In this document: positions 25,601 to 38,095 of the stretch, piece by piece
Position numbering within the stretch: the first letter of the stretch is position 1
Layout: each line of letters starts with the position of its first letter
Assembly: GCA_002633005.1 (NCBI GenBank)
Contig: NMRA01000049.1
Coordinates: 449,189 to 513,188 of the forward strand
From: Phoronis australis
Lineage: Eukaryota; Animalia; Phoronida
Reading direction: 5' to 3'
DNA length: 64,000 bases
Translations under genes and position numbers: made by a program
The notes under the pieces: model-generated
Seen by the model: the letters and a program-made list of their open reading frames with translations, nothing else
Told to the model about the DNA's origin: nothing
Database searches by the model: none

Positions 25601-28259
25601 CCTGAGCTTGACTTCCTATCAACTTGGAATTTTTACCAGGTCGCCAAACAAAATATGAGTTTGCATTTTATTGCTGCAGGTCACCAAATGGAGCTTTGCA
25701 ACTAATGTAGAACCTGGTCTTAAGTAGTGACGAATTTGCATTTCTTTCGAAGCCCGGAACTTATGTTTTGAAACCAATTTCATAGGTTCACTATAATTAA
25801 AAGTTGGCTTTGTGTCCTGGAAGGTTTTTAGGTGCTTTAAGTTACATTTGGCTGTACGTGCTATGATGGTGGCTATATGAATAACCAATGGTTTTGGTTG
25901 CTTTGACAGTACCACCGTTGGATTTTTATTAACCCCCTTAACTGTCTTGTTGTTGATTTGGCTGTAAACTTCTCATGTATTTTTCACTCGTCGGAAGTAG
26001 TTTCTTCCTACTTACAGAATACAAAAGCATGTCCACCTGTGTATTACAAGCAGATGGTACTCCACCAAGCTGAAGTGTAGCTGAGTATTTAATGGAAACA
26101 GTCTGTGGTGACAATGTATCCTCACACTGGCCACCCTTCATTGGCGGAAATGATTAGTAAGCAATTTGTACTCAATGCTGCAGTTCAGAGGCCATGCTTG
26201 GCTTGTGTACAGTCAATGTGAGTTCGGATTGTTGGCATTTGAAACCTTTTTGCAAGATTCCAACAGTGTCCTTGTGGCAGAACAGTCCAAGTTACTGGTA
26301 AATGTTCTTGTCTTTGTTGGTAGTTGATTTAGGGTGATTTGTTTGGTCTTGCTGGTTTGATGTCTGTGTTGACCTTCACTCACCACACACCTATGATGGA
26401 ATGTCTGTTGACACTTTCACAGAGGTCAGTGGTGTCTGAGCAATTCATCTTTTTTGAAATCTTGGTACTGGTGGTATTTGAAAACACTTAAAATCAGTCT
26501 GCATTGGTATTTGATACCAAAGAGCTTGTCATTATGGCAGTGGTCTGTGGTCACCAGTAAAGACCAATAGGCAGGCAAGATAGCAACCATATGTAATTGA
26601 GCCAGTTTCGTTTACTCTAGTAGGACCCAACAAACTGTATGGAACATCAAGTTGAAGAGGTATGGATTGGGATAGTACTGTTCCCATAACAACAGTGACA
26701 TAATGGAATATTCTTTATTGCTAGTTCTTGGTGGATATGAGCTATAGTTTCTTTCTTTTATTTGGTTAGAGATTTAGGCAGTGTATGTTACAGCAGTTTT
26801 TATAAACTTTATGCCATTATCAGGTTGTCAAGTTATCACTGAGATATTCAGGTGATTCTCATGTGAAAGTCTCAAGTCGTTAAATGTCTGAATGAATTGT
26901 CTTTGTTGACTGGGCCGGGCCATCTGCTTATTCTGAAGACATTTTGAGACATTGGTCATTTTTGTGTGAATTCCCACCTTCGAACATAGCAATTTACTTT
27001 GATTAAAATCGCAAAGAATTGATGAAAAAACGCGATCTACACAAAAATGCACATTGCTGTCCACCGTCTAACCTATAGCCATCCAGCCACAAGGCATATT
27101 TCACTGCCGCTGCTATTTTAGAAAATGGCCGTTAAGAAGATGGAGAAAGGTGATGAATTTGAATGCTGCTCTCTGTAAATTGTCTACGAAACTAAATCAT
27201 GTACACCCCTGGTAGTGATTTGCTTCTCTTTCAAATCAAACCACATTTTCCAGGTCTTAGGAATTGCTTTAGTATTAACTTCATAGCTGCTGCTAAAACC
27301 AGAACAAACAAGTTTTCACTTATCTCTCTTTGGCACCTGGTTTATAATTGGGATCACTAGACCATGAAGGCAACTGCTTATGTAATCATGATATCATTTC
27401 TGGACATCATCAGTCAGACTGCCTGGCTACCATTTCCATTTGCTGCTGTGGCCATTAAGCTTAGCTGATAACACCTGGGACCTTAATGAGAAGGTTGCTC
27501 CCTGGGTTTTGTCCAAGTATATTCAATGGATTGATTGGAAGCAGGTATTTTAAGCTCCTTGGCGATTTGCATCAATTCCAGGTCAAATATTCACATTTTG
27601 TTGACCAGTGACTGTAAATGCAAACCAGACCTCCTTGCAACATTGACCAGTTGGCTAAATGTGAGATTTGTATTTCTAAAATGATGCTCAAACTTTCTAT
27701 CATGGCATGCATGTAAACTTTGCCTTGTTTTGATTGGATTCCTTGTCATTTTCCTGCTAGCCATTTTCCTCCCCCAAGAGCTATCTGGATCCAGAGAGGG
27801 CCCATGGTGTTACGGATGTCGTGTGCTTGTACATTAGTATTACGACTACATAACTGGGTTGGAGAAGTTGTTTAGCACTACTATAGATCTTTTAGTTCTA
27901 TTATAGAAAACTAATGTTTGACGTAAAAAATGAAATTCATGATGTTCATGTTCGAAATTTTGTCAACCCCGTGTAGGTGTAGGTTGCAGTCCAAATTTTC
28001 TCAAGGAATAAGTTATTTCCTAAATTTGTTGGTTGCATAGGTTGTAACACTTGACACAAGGAAGCCAAACTGGTTGGAGTGAAATTGAAACTCGTAACTG
28101 TGATGAGTCAAAACAGGTTTTGGAAAACGCAGATTGTCTCACAAACCTTAAATTTCTCCCTTTCACTTTCACTGAGGTAATAAACAATATAAACATACAG
28201 TTGTGATTCCCAAAAGTGAGCCTGTTTTTAATTTTATCCTAGCATAGACCAACTAGCAC

Positions 28260-28400
28260 GGGGGCGGGGAGGGGGAGGGGTCCTGCTTGTTTAAACTTTC
28301 AACTTGACAATTGACCCATCGCAAGACCGCCCCTTTGCGAAATATCGACAAACAAACAATAAGTTTTACCTGGCAACGAGTTCTTTGTCAGGTAAAATGG
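28260..28400 (+). promoter_or_regulatory. Candidate proximal promoter / non-coding first exon of Shank
   Basis: G-tract/GC box 28260-28280, locally CpG-richer sequence, donor CAG|GTAAAA after 28391 overlapping an AAAATGGCG YY1-like motif, ~0.9 kb above the acceptor at 29252. Confidence 0.3.
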
Positions 28401-29290
28401 CGACTTGGAAACGAAGTTGTGTCAAGAACGCTGAGTTGTGATTGCTTAGTTAAGCCGTCACTCAAACTCTTGGCTATAGGTCAATTCCTAGGCAAGAAGT
28501 TTTGAATGGAGTTTGCTAGGCAATGAGTCTGATGCACTCCTCTGAGTTGGAGTTGCCTCACCTTTCCTGGAACCCTTCAATTAGCTGGTAATATTTATAT
28601 GGCATTGATGGCAACATGTGGATCTAATCAGCTTTAACTGGATGATGTTTATTGTTCAAACATTAAACTACAAATTATGGTAGATCCTCATGGCTGTAAC
28701 ATATGCATGGTCCAATTCCTAACTATTTGTACTAGCAAGAGGGTTGGTGAACTCTTACAGGAAACTGATCTGAGGTTATGTCATTAGATTAGCAATTGGA
28801 AATAATAGATGCGTGGAAAGAAGTTCTGGAACGTGTATCCATGTGAACACTGTGATTGATTGAGCACTTGTAATAAGGGAAGCAAAATGTATTCCAACAA
28901 TTCAGTTTTGTAACTGGAAGTTTCCTGAACATCCTACAGAATCCCGTACAAATTCTAGTTGGTGCAAAGATGACTAGACTCGCATTTTTGCTTACCTCAG
29001 CAAAATATATGACCTGTTTCATTATTGTTGTTGTTCAGTGCCACACATTTCACTCAGTGTTAAAACGCGACATTGTTTGTGACATGCTTATTCTTGGTGA
29101 TCATTATAACATTAATTCGTATTGTAACTGTCGTGACATTTTAGCTGGACTCATAAACATCTTGGTTCCACCCAATGCTTTGAAATTGAGATCATTTGCT
29201 GGCAATGAACTTGACTTTTGAGCTTGCTTCAAATCTTGCCATTTCCTTCTAGAACTGGACGTGCCACTCATGAGGACTGTACCATGACAA

Positions 29291-29401
29291 ATGGTCATGA
29301 TGACAAGACAAACGTTTGGACGACCAGACATGATTACCGAAGAGGAACCTCCGGACACCACTGTCTACATTAGAATATCTCTACCTGAACACAAGTTGCA
29401 G
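29291..29401 (+). CDS. SHANK: Shank coding exon 1, start of SPN domain (MVMMTRQTFGRPDMITEEEPPDTTVYIRISLPEHKLQ)
   Basis: Acceptor ttccttctAG ends 29252; in-frame TGA 29285-29287 precedes ATG 29291 (alternative ATG at 29330); donor CAG|GTGAGA, phase 0; VYIRISLP matches the Shank VVVRVGIP strand. Confidence 0.88.
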
Positions 29402-30778
29402 GTGAGAGATCTTTCGTGTTGGAAATCTTTAGACGCTTAGAGGTTTTGCTGGTCGTGCTTGACCAGGGGTCAGGACAACAAACTATTGACTGATGAATTC
29501 ATCAATCACGTGGTACGCTTTGAGTAAACTTTCAAATTTCATTATGTGATGAATTTGTCAATACATGAGACTTCAAGACTGAGTCGAGTCTTGAATAAAG
29601 TGTGATGCTGTCAAGCCTAAAGATCCCAGCTGTTAAGACCTCTGATGAAGCTTCACCATAACTTCTGTTTCACAGACTGTTTCTTATTCTGTCTGAGGCT
29701 GTGCTTAGGATTCACACATTTTGGAAACAACATTTAATTGAACTTCTCATTTGCTAGAAGTTAGATGTATTTGCTATCATGAATTCACATCCCAGTGTTT
29801 GAACGTCACAAGTTGTCACTGGAGTTTTGCATTACTCGAATGATTGTTTTAAATTCCATGCTTACACGCTGGCACTCGACCCCTATTGAAGTTTAGCACT
29901 AAACCAGGTTATGTAGTGTGAAAAATGTGCAGAAAATGGTAAACTGTCTCGAAATCTCCTCTGAAACTTTGATGAGAAATTTGAAAGTAGTTTCCAGAAG
30001 ATTTTGAGTTATATTTTACATTGCATCTGGATGTATGATGTCCATCCTTCAAGTATACTCGCTCACAAAGGGTCTTCAGGAAGGTTTTGAGAACCCGAGT
30101 TTGATGCTTGTCACTCAGTGGAGAAAACTGGTTCTCAAAATGCGGGACATAGTGCTTTGTATTATGATGTTTTTGTTTCATGAGAACTAATTTTTTTGAT
30201 AGTTTACTAGTTAGAATGCGATGTGTGCATTTCAGTCATGCCAGGCATAGGTAAAAGTCCTAGAGGAAACTGTAACAAGCTAAGTTCAAATGTCAAATTC
30301 CTGGCTGTCCCCACATTCATTCATCAAACTATGTAATGTATGATTCATTCATTGATCACACGTTATAACCACATCTCAAGTCATTAAGCATCTTGGCATT
30401 GTAGGTGTTCCTCTTGATTTGCGCCTTGATGTCATTTGCAAAATGCATTCCCCATTTTCGCAGCGTTCTTAATTCATTTGCCAGGGTCCCTGTCTATTCA
30501 AGGTCACCCTGGGATCAGGAAGTGTCTTCCAGCCTTTCTGTGATGCATTACGCAGACCAATGTCAGAATCATTTAAAAACCACCTGCATGGCATTCTGAA
30601 GTGGGGTGAAAATCATCCATGTTGAGGTTCTAACTGAACCGCAATCAGCCAGTGGACATGCTGTAATTCACAGGGCTTCATTATTTAACATGTTAAAAAG
30701 GTTACCCAGAGTGGTTGCTTTGACTTCAGAAAGGGAATTAGTGGGCTTTGTTTGTGTTGAAGAATGGTTTGAGTGAAA

Positions 30779-31230
30779 AGGCCCTTTCACACTAACGTTG
30801 GAACGTCTATGGTTTGGGGAGTTGCGGTCAGTATGTCCAGTTAACTTCAGTCTTGGATCGAAGGTAACAGCGTGAGTTAACTTGGCAGTAAAAAAGGTGG
30901 ATTTAATAGTGGAGGATCGACACTGCGGTGTGGTATGAACGGTCAGTCTATTTCGATCTCATCGAAGTTATATTACCAGGGGCCAGTGTTATTGGCAACA
31001 ATTAAAGGATAGTGTCTCTGCTAACAGTTGCTTATAGTTTAATCGAATTAGAAATAAGTTTTGTGTCAATTAGCACACGTAAATGTTCTCAAATTGTCTC
31101 AGTAAAAAAATCTTAGCGTGCACAGGAGGCATCGGCGCGTCCTTGGGATTACTTTGACAACTACAGCATCCGATGCCATTAGTTACTGAACCTGGTATGA
31201 ACGATTCAATTAACTAAGTTCACAGTTTAC
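30779..31230 (+). mobile_element. Second copy of the Harbinger-like MITE, right end eroded
   Basis: AGGCCCTTTCACACTA start; shared blocks gagttgcggtcagtatg, gttaacttcagtcttggat, cacacgtaaatgttctcaaattgtc, ctggtatgaacgatt.aattaact. Confidence 0.8.
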
Positions 31231-32730
31231 ATCGCGGTTCCAACAGACTTCAGGAAGTAAATTTTCAATGGCCATCTTAAGCTATTAATTCCAGGGTTTC
31301 GAAAAAGAAAAACCGACACTGGGCTTATGGGGAATGTCTGTCCTTTAAACATTGATTTCACTCCAACTGTGATATGCTAGATGCCCTAGTGTAGATATTT
31401 TTTTAATTTGTGAGTGCATTGGTTTTACACCATGTGTTTAGATGAGAGGTTTGTTGAGGCAGAACCTGTATGTCATGTGATTCATTGTATTTCACATGGT
31501 TCCCAGCAGGACGGCTCAGCTGGAGACCTAGACATCACATGACTTGATTTTTGCTGTGACTCAGCCCTTCATTCAGCCATTGTTTTTTCCCTGAGAAAGA
31601 GTTTTTGAGGTCACTGTTGTTATACTGTCTGATGGATGGCTTTGGGAATATGCCGTGTTTGTTATTCAACTTTGTCAAGAGTTTCCACAAATAATCATAA
31701 TAGCTTGATTCGAGTGTTTTTTCCTTGTGTCTGAGTTAGGAGGCCCACTATTAGGCAGCAACATTGTACAGAACGAAAACGTTTAACCTCACAGGCATAT
31801 TTTGCTTCTCACATTTGAAAACTGAAGCAGAGGAAGCTGAAAGCTTTTTGGTGAATTTAAAACAAATCTAAAACAAATTGTTACAAGCATTTGTGTGTCT
31901 CTTGTTTCAAAGCCCTAAAACAAAATTGGCACATTCTCCCCCATAGCCAATTTGAACTTTTTTGTCAAAGCAACACAAAACAGAGCTTGTAGACAAGTTC
32001 TGGTGCAAGTGTCCTGCAGGTGTCTTGTGTCTGAAAATATTTTTGACATGAAACAATAGACTCATTGTATTCCCGAGTTAGTCCTCTTCTTTGAAGTGGT
32101 GTTAAGTTGGGTTGCTTTACATTCATCTCAACTGTGCATGTGTTCCAGTAGGCTGTAGATTCTTTTGCTTCATTCTTCTCATGGATAATGTACTGTAACG
32201 CCACCTACAATTTATGCGAATGTGCCAACGTGCGAAGAAGCTGTCTCAAATTTGACATTTATGGCACCTGCGCTTATGTGTATAAGCCCATGTGCCGATA
32301 TTGTGAATCTGCGTGAGACAAAAAGTTGCACACCTAACATTTGAGTGAAAATGACCAAGAACAAGTTTTCTAAGCAGCATGTAGGGGAAGGAAAATGTGC
32401 TTTTTAGCTGTTACAGAACTGTAGACATAGTATTCAGTATGAACTGTTGAACGTATGTAGAAAGCACCCAATTTGACTATTGCAACTTACCCAACTTGGG
32501 ACAGCTTACTCCACTTTATCGAGGTGGGGTAACCAGTGTTTTAGGGTAACCACTGTTTTAGGGTAACTAAATGCACCACTTCTAAACTGTGTGGTCGCAG
32601 ACCTGGGGCAAGGCTGAAGTAATTATCAGATGCAGTTACATGCAGAGGTTTTCTTTCTTGCGCTGTACTCGCGACGTAGGTGTTCGTTGTCCTGCATAAA
32701 GTAACAACTTCTGCCTACCGTCACAGTCTG

Positions 32731-32786
32731 ATACGTGTGTGTGTGAGTGTGTGCGTGCGTGCGTGCGTGCATGCATGCGTGTGTGT
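32731..32786. repeat. Compound (GT)n/(GCGT)n microsatellite
   Basis: Directly visible. Confidence 0.9.
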
Positions 32787-34519
32787 TCGCTCCGCTCCAC
32801 TCAAAAGTGGTGTAAGTTGCCTAAGAGCAAGTTGTTCTAGACTAAGAGATGGTTGTGTGTGGACGGGACTTTAATGTTTGAATGGTTCTCTGAACTGCAG
32901 CTGATGAAGAACTATAAATAGACTGGATGAGTTAAGTTGAGGTCAAATTTGTCACCATGAGCAGGGCAGATAGTAGTTCTACTAAATGACAGCTACAACA
33001 AGTTGTTTCAAAAGACATTTGAATAAATTTTTTGCTTTGTAACAGAAATGGTTTTGAATACTTTATAGTGTCATGTAAGTTCGTGGTAAGGTGGCATCAC
33101 TATTTCTGATTTTAGGGCATGTTAGTAACCTAGGAGATAAATGATGGGAGTCAACCGACACTCACCTTGCCCGTTACAGCTGGTTATTGAAGTAAAAAAA
33201 AACATTCTAATAAATGTTATTTTTGCGTAATTCTCTGCCTTTTGTAACAAAGAAAAGTATGTCATCGTTTTGAAAATGGTACATATAACTCGTGACAAGC
33301 GCACGCATTATTTCCTAAAGTTTTGCGATATCTCTCGGAAGTTTGTTCTGAAATTGGGTTTGCTGGTATTAAAATACTAAAAAATTGTAACAAAATGAAA
33401 CCAGTTCCGATTGTTATGACATGCCAAAACCCGACCCAAAATAGCTGATCGCAATTTTAGCAGCAGTATAATGGTAGTACGCCAATTTTTCCAACATCGG
33501 TAAATAAAATAGTTTACTCAAGGTCGGTATATTTTAATGACATTAATTTTGACGGCGACAGGCCCAACGACCTTAATGTACGTGACAGAAGCGGGTCAGG
33601 GAGTGAAATTAAGCCGACAGACTGATGTCACCCAGGCTGTTGATCTAACTGACTGATAACACTAAAGGCCAGTAGGAAACTGGCCACCCTCCCTCTGTGT
33701 CTGTGAAAAAACGGCCCACAAGAAAAAATAGAACACCTCGAATCTAAATAGGGGGCCGGTGCTGACTACGTGGGACCAAGGCGGTGCCGAAATGGGCGCT
33801 ACGAAGGTCTGTTGCGGGGGAGACGGAGTTTGTGCGAAAGATGCATTTTATACAATAGATAGTCGAATCCTGCTGTTATTACTTAAGGTGGACACCAGTG
33901 GTGTATAATAAGGTGACAGAAGGAGGAAATTACCTATACAGGGTTTAGTATCCTTTTATTTAGTGGAGCGTCCATACACACATATATCCGATATCCAATG
34001 CAAGGTGGAAGTTGTCACTCTGTGCATGACTAAAAAGGAAATCTCTTGTAACACCAGTTTAGAAAACTCACTTAAAAACATATGAATGAAGTCTCTCTTC
34101 TAATGTCGCCCTTCTTGTCACCCTTCTTGTCAAAAGTTATGAATGTGTTCACTACTATGAAATTACATATCTCAGACTCTCAGTGATGTTAATCAAATGA
34201 AAATTGCTGCCAATTTCTATTGTGGAAACGTGGCAGTGTGTCTCCTGAGTTGGTGAATACTCCCAGATTTTATAATTTCAGAGGCATGCTACACATTTTT
34301 TTTGTTTTCTGTAGCCATCACAATATCATACTTCTAAAATTCAATACCATAACGACCACCAGACTATATTTTGAGAAATCCTGGTCTTTCACATCCATGT
34401 TAGAAGCCATTGAAAAATGAAACAGTTAATTTTGTCCCAAACTGACACAATTTTACCTTGCAGGTGGTGGATCATTGGGCCCTTTAGTTGGCTTAAATTT
34501 TGTGTATCTTTTATTTCAG

Positions 34520-34591
34520 AGATGCCTTCAGTTTCAATTGAACGAGACAATATTTGAAGCAAAGCAGCGGATACTGGCATTCTTTGGAAAG
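34520..34591 (+). CDS. SHANK: Shank exon 2, SPN domain (RCLQFQLNETIFEAKQRILAFFGK)
   Basis: ttatttcAG acceptor, AAG|GTACAG donor, 72 nt, phase 0-0; resembles Shank KCL.....VW.AKQRVL. Confidence 0.93.
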
Positions 34592-35422
34592 GTACAGGAG
34601 CTTATGTTGTCTTGCCACTGAGTAATCTCGAATATTTCTTATGAGGACCGATCTGTACATTCAGGGACCAGGGTCTGTACTGGGAATCAAACTTGAAATT
34701 ATTTTTTGCGTTTCCTGTTCTACTTTTGTACAAACTCGAGATTAGTGTCTATTATTTTTTGTTTGAGTACATACGTAGATAACTGTTTAATCTTAGTTTG
34801 TTCTTAATGAACTTATCATAGAGGTTAAAAGTTCTGAGTCTGAATTTAAAATTTTGAGTTCATTTTTTACTTGAGTTTCTAGCTAGAATCTAGGGTTCAT
34901 CAGATGTGAATATGGACTAGAAACTCATTTGCATAAACCGTAATGTACTCCGTTGTAATAAACACTGATCTTGAGTTTGCATAAAAGTAGAGGAGTTAGA
35001 TTTGAGTTTGACTTGGAGTTGAAATATTAGCCTCTGGACCCAAAGTAAGAGTCCTATCATAGTTGCTCACTACTGTTGGAATGGGTTGTTATATTGCTGT
35101 GCATTTAGAGTAGACAGGAAGAGAAAAGTTGTTTATTATGGTTGTGATTATGCAGTTTTAATGGTTTTAGTTGCCATGGAAACGAATTGCTGTTGGGCAT
35201 TTCCTGATTTATGTTTGTCAGAGGTTTACACTGTGTAAAACAAAGCCTGGCTTAGAAGATAAAGAATAAATTAATGAACAATTTTACCTCATTGACTTGA
35301 GCTGGAAATTAAGAAACAGAGATTTACAGTAGCTGTGGTGAAAAAAGGAGTTTGCAGTGGAACTTTACCATGCATAAAACATTCAGGCCCACATACTGTG
35401 ATATATTGGTTTCACACTAGGA

Positions 35423-35550
35423 GTTTCACTGACTTAAATGCTAGTGAAAACGCAATCGGTTTCACTGGCTAGAACACTTGTGAAAACAGTTGGGGTTTCG
35501 CTGGCTTAAACGCTAGTGAAAAAACAAGCAGTTTCACAGGGTAAAACGCT
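35423..35550. repeat. 36-bp period array of palindromic 29-mers with variable 7-nt linkers (3.5 copies)
   Basis: Units start at 35423, 35459, 35495 and 35531; consensus GTTTCACTGGCTTAAACGCTAGTGAAAAC. Confidence 0.8.
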
Positions 35551-35797
35551 TAAGCCAGACGTACAAGCAGTCTGCGAAATGGTCATTTTCTCTAGCTTCT
35601 AGTTTGTTTCCTCACTTCTGAAACTCTTTTAAGCGAAAATTCATGTCTAAACGTGAACACTCTCTGCCATATATTCATTGAATGTAACAATAATCAAAGA
35701 CCTCTTAGTTCTGCGTTTGTGTGTCCAATGAAGTTGAAGCACTCTGGGTACAAAAGTGCTCTTCAACTAAATTGATGTCTGATCATCTCCCTTGTAG

Positions 35798-35923
35798 GAA
35801 CTCAAAGATGGGCTAAACTATGGGCTCTATTGTCCGCCGTTAAATGGGCGAGCAGGAAAATTCCTCGATGAAGAGCGCCCCCTTCGGGACTATCCACTAC
35901 CAGGTCCCATCGGCTTCTTAGAG
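35798..35923 (+). CDS. SHANK: Shank exon 3, SPN domain (ELKDGLNYGLYCPPLNGRAGKFLDEERPLRDYPLPGPIGFLE)
   Basis: cccttgtAG acceptor, GAG|GTTGGT donor, 126 nt, phase 0-0; diagnostic GRAGKFLDEER motif. Confidence 0.97.
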
Positions 35924-38023
35924 GTTGGTAGAAAGTAATGTAGTGATTTATGTATCCATTGTCAAATAGATCACTTCTGTTGTGTTCAGACTGACAGTTG
36001 ACCCATTAGTTCCCCCAGGAGCAACTTGACCCTGTGAACTGAGCATCCACTGGACAAATTTCACCAGTGTCAAGACGGAAGCGATAAGAAAGTTGATCAA
36101 TGTGTGACGTGTGTCCGATGAAGAAGTGGATGGTTAAAGAAACACAGTCGCTAGTATTGTCAACATAAGCTGTTGTACGAGGGCAAGTTGTTAAAATACA
36201 ACTTGTTTCTGTTTGGAAGAGATGATGAGGTTACGAATGGCTCCAGTTTAACTTTGGTTCACATAGTCCATTTCACCTAAATCATCTTGTTCCTGGGTCA
36301 ATTAGGTTCAGGAACAATCGGAAATCAGGGTTACCGTTGTGTCACCACCTTTTGCCTCATGTAGAAACGATACCAGTTGATCTTAGTAATCTTGTCTGTA
36401 TGTAAAAAGCGTGTTTGGCCAGTGGCCATGTAATAATAGCATACCAGAACCGAGGATTCCGTTATTTTTCCCCTTGACATTACATATTTAGAACAAGCTA
36501 AGTGGAGTTGATCTGACATTATCAGTGTGCTAACATGTTGATGTAACAGCTAATAGAATGAATATAATTTGTCATTACTGGATTTAAGTACCCTATCAAA
36601 TCATTTTATGTGATGTTTGAAGAGCTCTATATGTTATTGAGTTTTCAACCACTTGTTGATAGGACTGCTGTTATGGTTTGTTTCATTGTCAGTGTTTGTT
36701 CTTGCCACTATCATAAGTGTTTGTCTAATCCATTTGCAATCATCACTGAAGAAGCAATAGTCAATATAAGTGCATAAATTGACTGGTGTTATCTTGTATA
36801 GCAAATACAGGCTGGATAAGTTTCGTGGTTGAGATTTATTGATTACTTAAAATTGCATTGTTCATTGTTGATGCTTTACTTGTTGTATGCCAAGAAAATA
36901 GCTCAATTCAGTTGAAACATGTGATGGTTTACCATGAGTTTATAGCCAAAACAAACTTTTAATAACTGACAGAAGATTATACGTCAGGAAAATATTTATT
37001 TATTAAAGTCTCGTGCAATACCATCTTCGACAGAAAACCATTTCTTTAATTCATGTTATGAGGTGAAACCCTATATTTTGGATTTTTAACATGGAGAGTT
37101 AACATTCTTAATTACACGCAGTGACACTATGTACTGCATGGAATTCATCTTTTGTTTGAACAACATGATTCGTCACCGCTTACTTAATTCATTTGAATTT
37201 GATGGATTGCTTATTATTAAACCCTTGTATTCCCTTATGTGTTAAAGGAACAGTTACCAGGTGGCACTGCGATAAGTTGAATTGTGTCAGCTCATTCGCA
37301 ACTCCCTAAATTTCTGCATCTTGTGGGCTTAATTGTTTATGAGTAAGCCTTGAAATCTGAATTTCTAATTTTGTCACATGAGCTTGGCAACAAGTAGGTG
37401 GCATTTACAACCTCAATTTTCCTATTTCAAACACATTGATGTTTTTATTGCTGTGTAATATTGAATAGGTTAAATGTTGCAAGCCTTTTCTTCAATGTAA
37501 ATTGGTCTTGTGTTGATGTGGTGATAACAACTGCACAAAGTCTTAGTCTAAAACATTATGTTGATCAACTTCAGGTTTACTAGCAACACCTTAGTTGTGT
37601 TCCTTCTTGTCAAGAGAATTCCCACTGACACGAATTCTTCACTTATTTCGCACAAAAATTATTGCCAAGGTCGACATTTTCTCATTGTTCAAAGGCTTTT
37701 GCTACAAATAGTTTAAAATTGACCAAATGTTTTTAGTGACATTTACACCTTGCAAACCATGCTAGTAATAGACCAAAATTTTTTTATTCATCGTTATCTT
37801 TTGCGAAGAAATTTGACTAGAGAGAATTTCACTTGTGGGCCATATTGTGTGCTAAATAAGCACAGAATTACCGTAAATGTAATGCCGGCTGCAAGTTTTT
37901 CATCATAAGTATGTTTTTGAGATAGTAAGATTCATGTTCTTCATTACATGATAAACAGGAAAAATATTTGCAAGATTCAGGTTTGGAATGTTGTTACCCT
38001 TAACGATGTTCTTTTTATTTCAG

Positions 38024-38095
38024 TTCAAATACAAAAGGAGAGTTTACAAAATGATGCAGTTTAATCCTCACAAGATAAAAAAACAACACACCAAG
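38024..38095 (+). CDS. SHANK: Shank exon 4, SPN-ANK linker (FKYKRRVYKMMQFNPHKIKKQHTK)
   Basis: ttttatttcAG acceptor, AAG|GTAATG donor, 72 nt, phase 0-0; F(R/K)YKRRVY...HTK motif. Confidence 0.96.

Noticed and set aside
24600-26800. Cluster of 60-140 aa ORFs, possibly an ancient retroelement on the minus strand
   Set aside because: No RT, RNase H or integrase motif can be read with confidence, and there is no splice-compatible gene structure.
473-28505. Short ORFs of the track upstream of Shank as separate genes
   Set aside because: Lengths and composition fit random ORFs; apart from the Myb-like remnant at 6996 none shows a recognisable domain or exon chain.
35423-35550. CRISPR-like palindromic repeats with unique spacers
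   Set aside because: Spacers are only 7 nt, repeats are degenerate, there are no cas genes, and the array sits in a eukaryotic intron.
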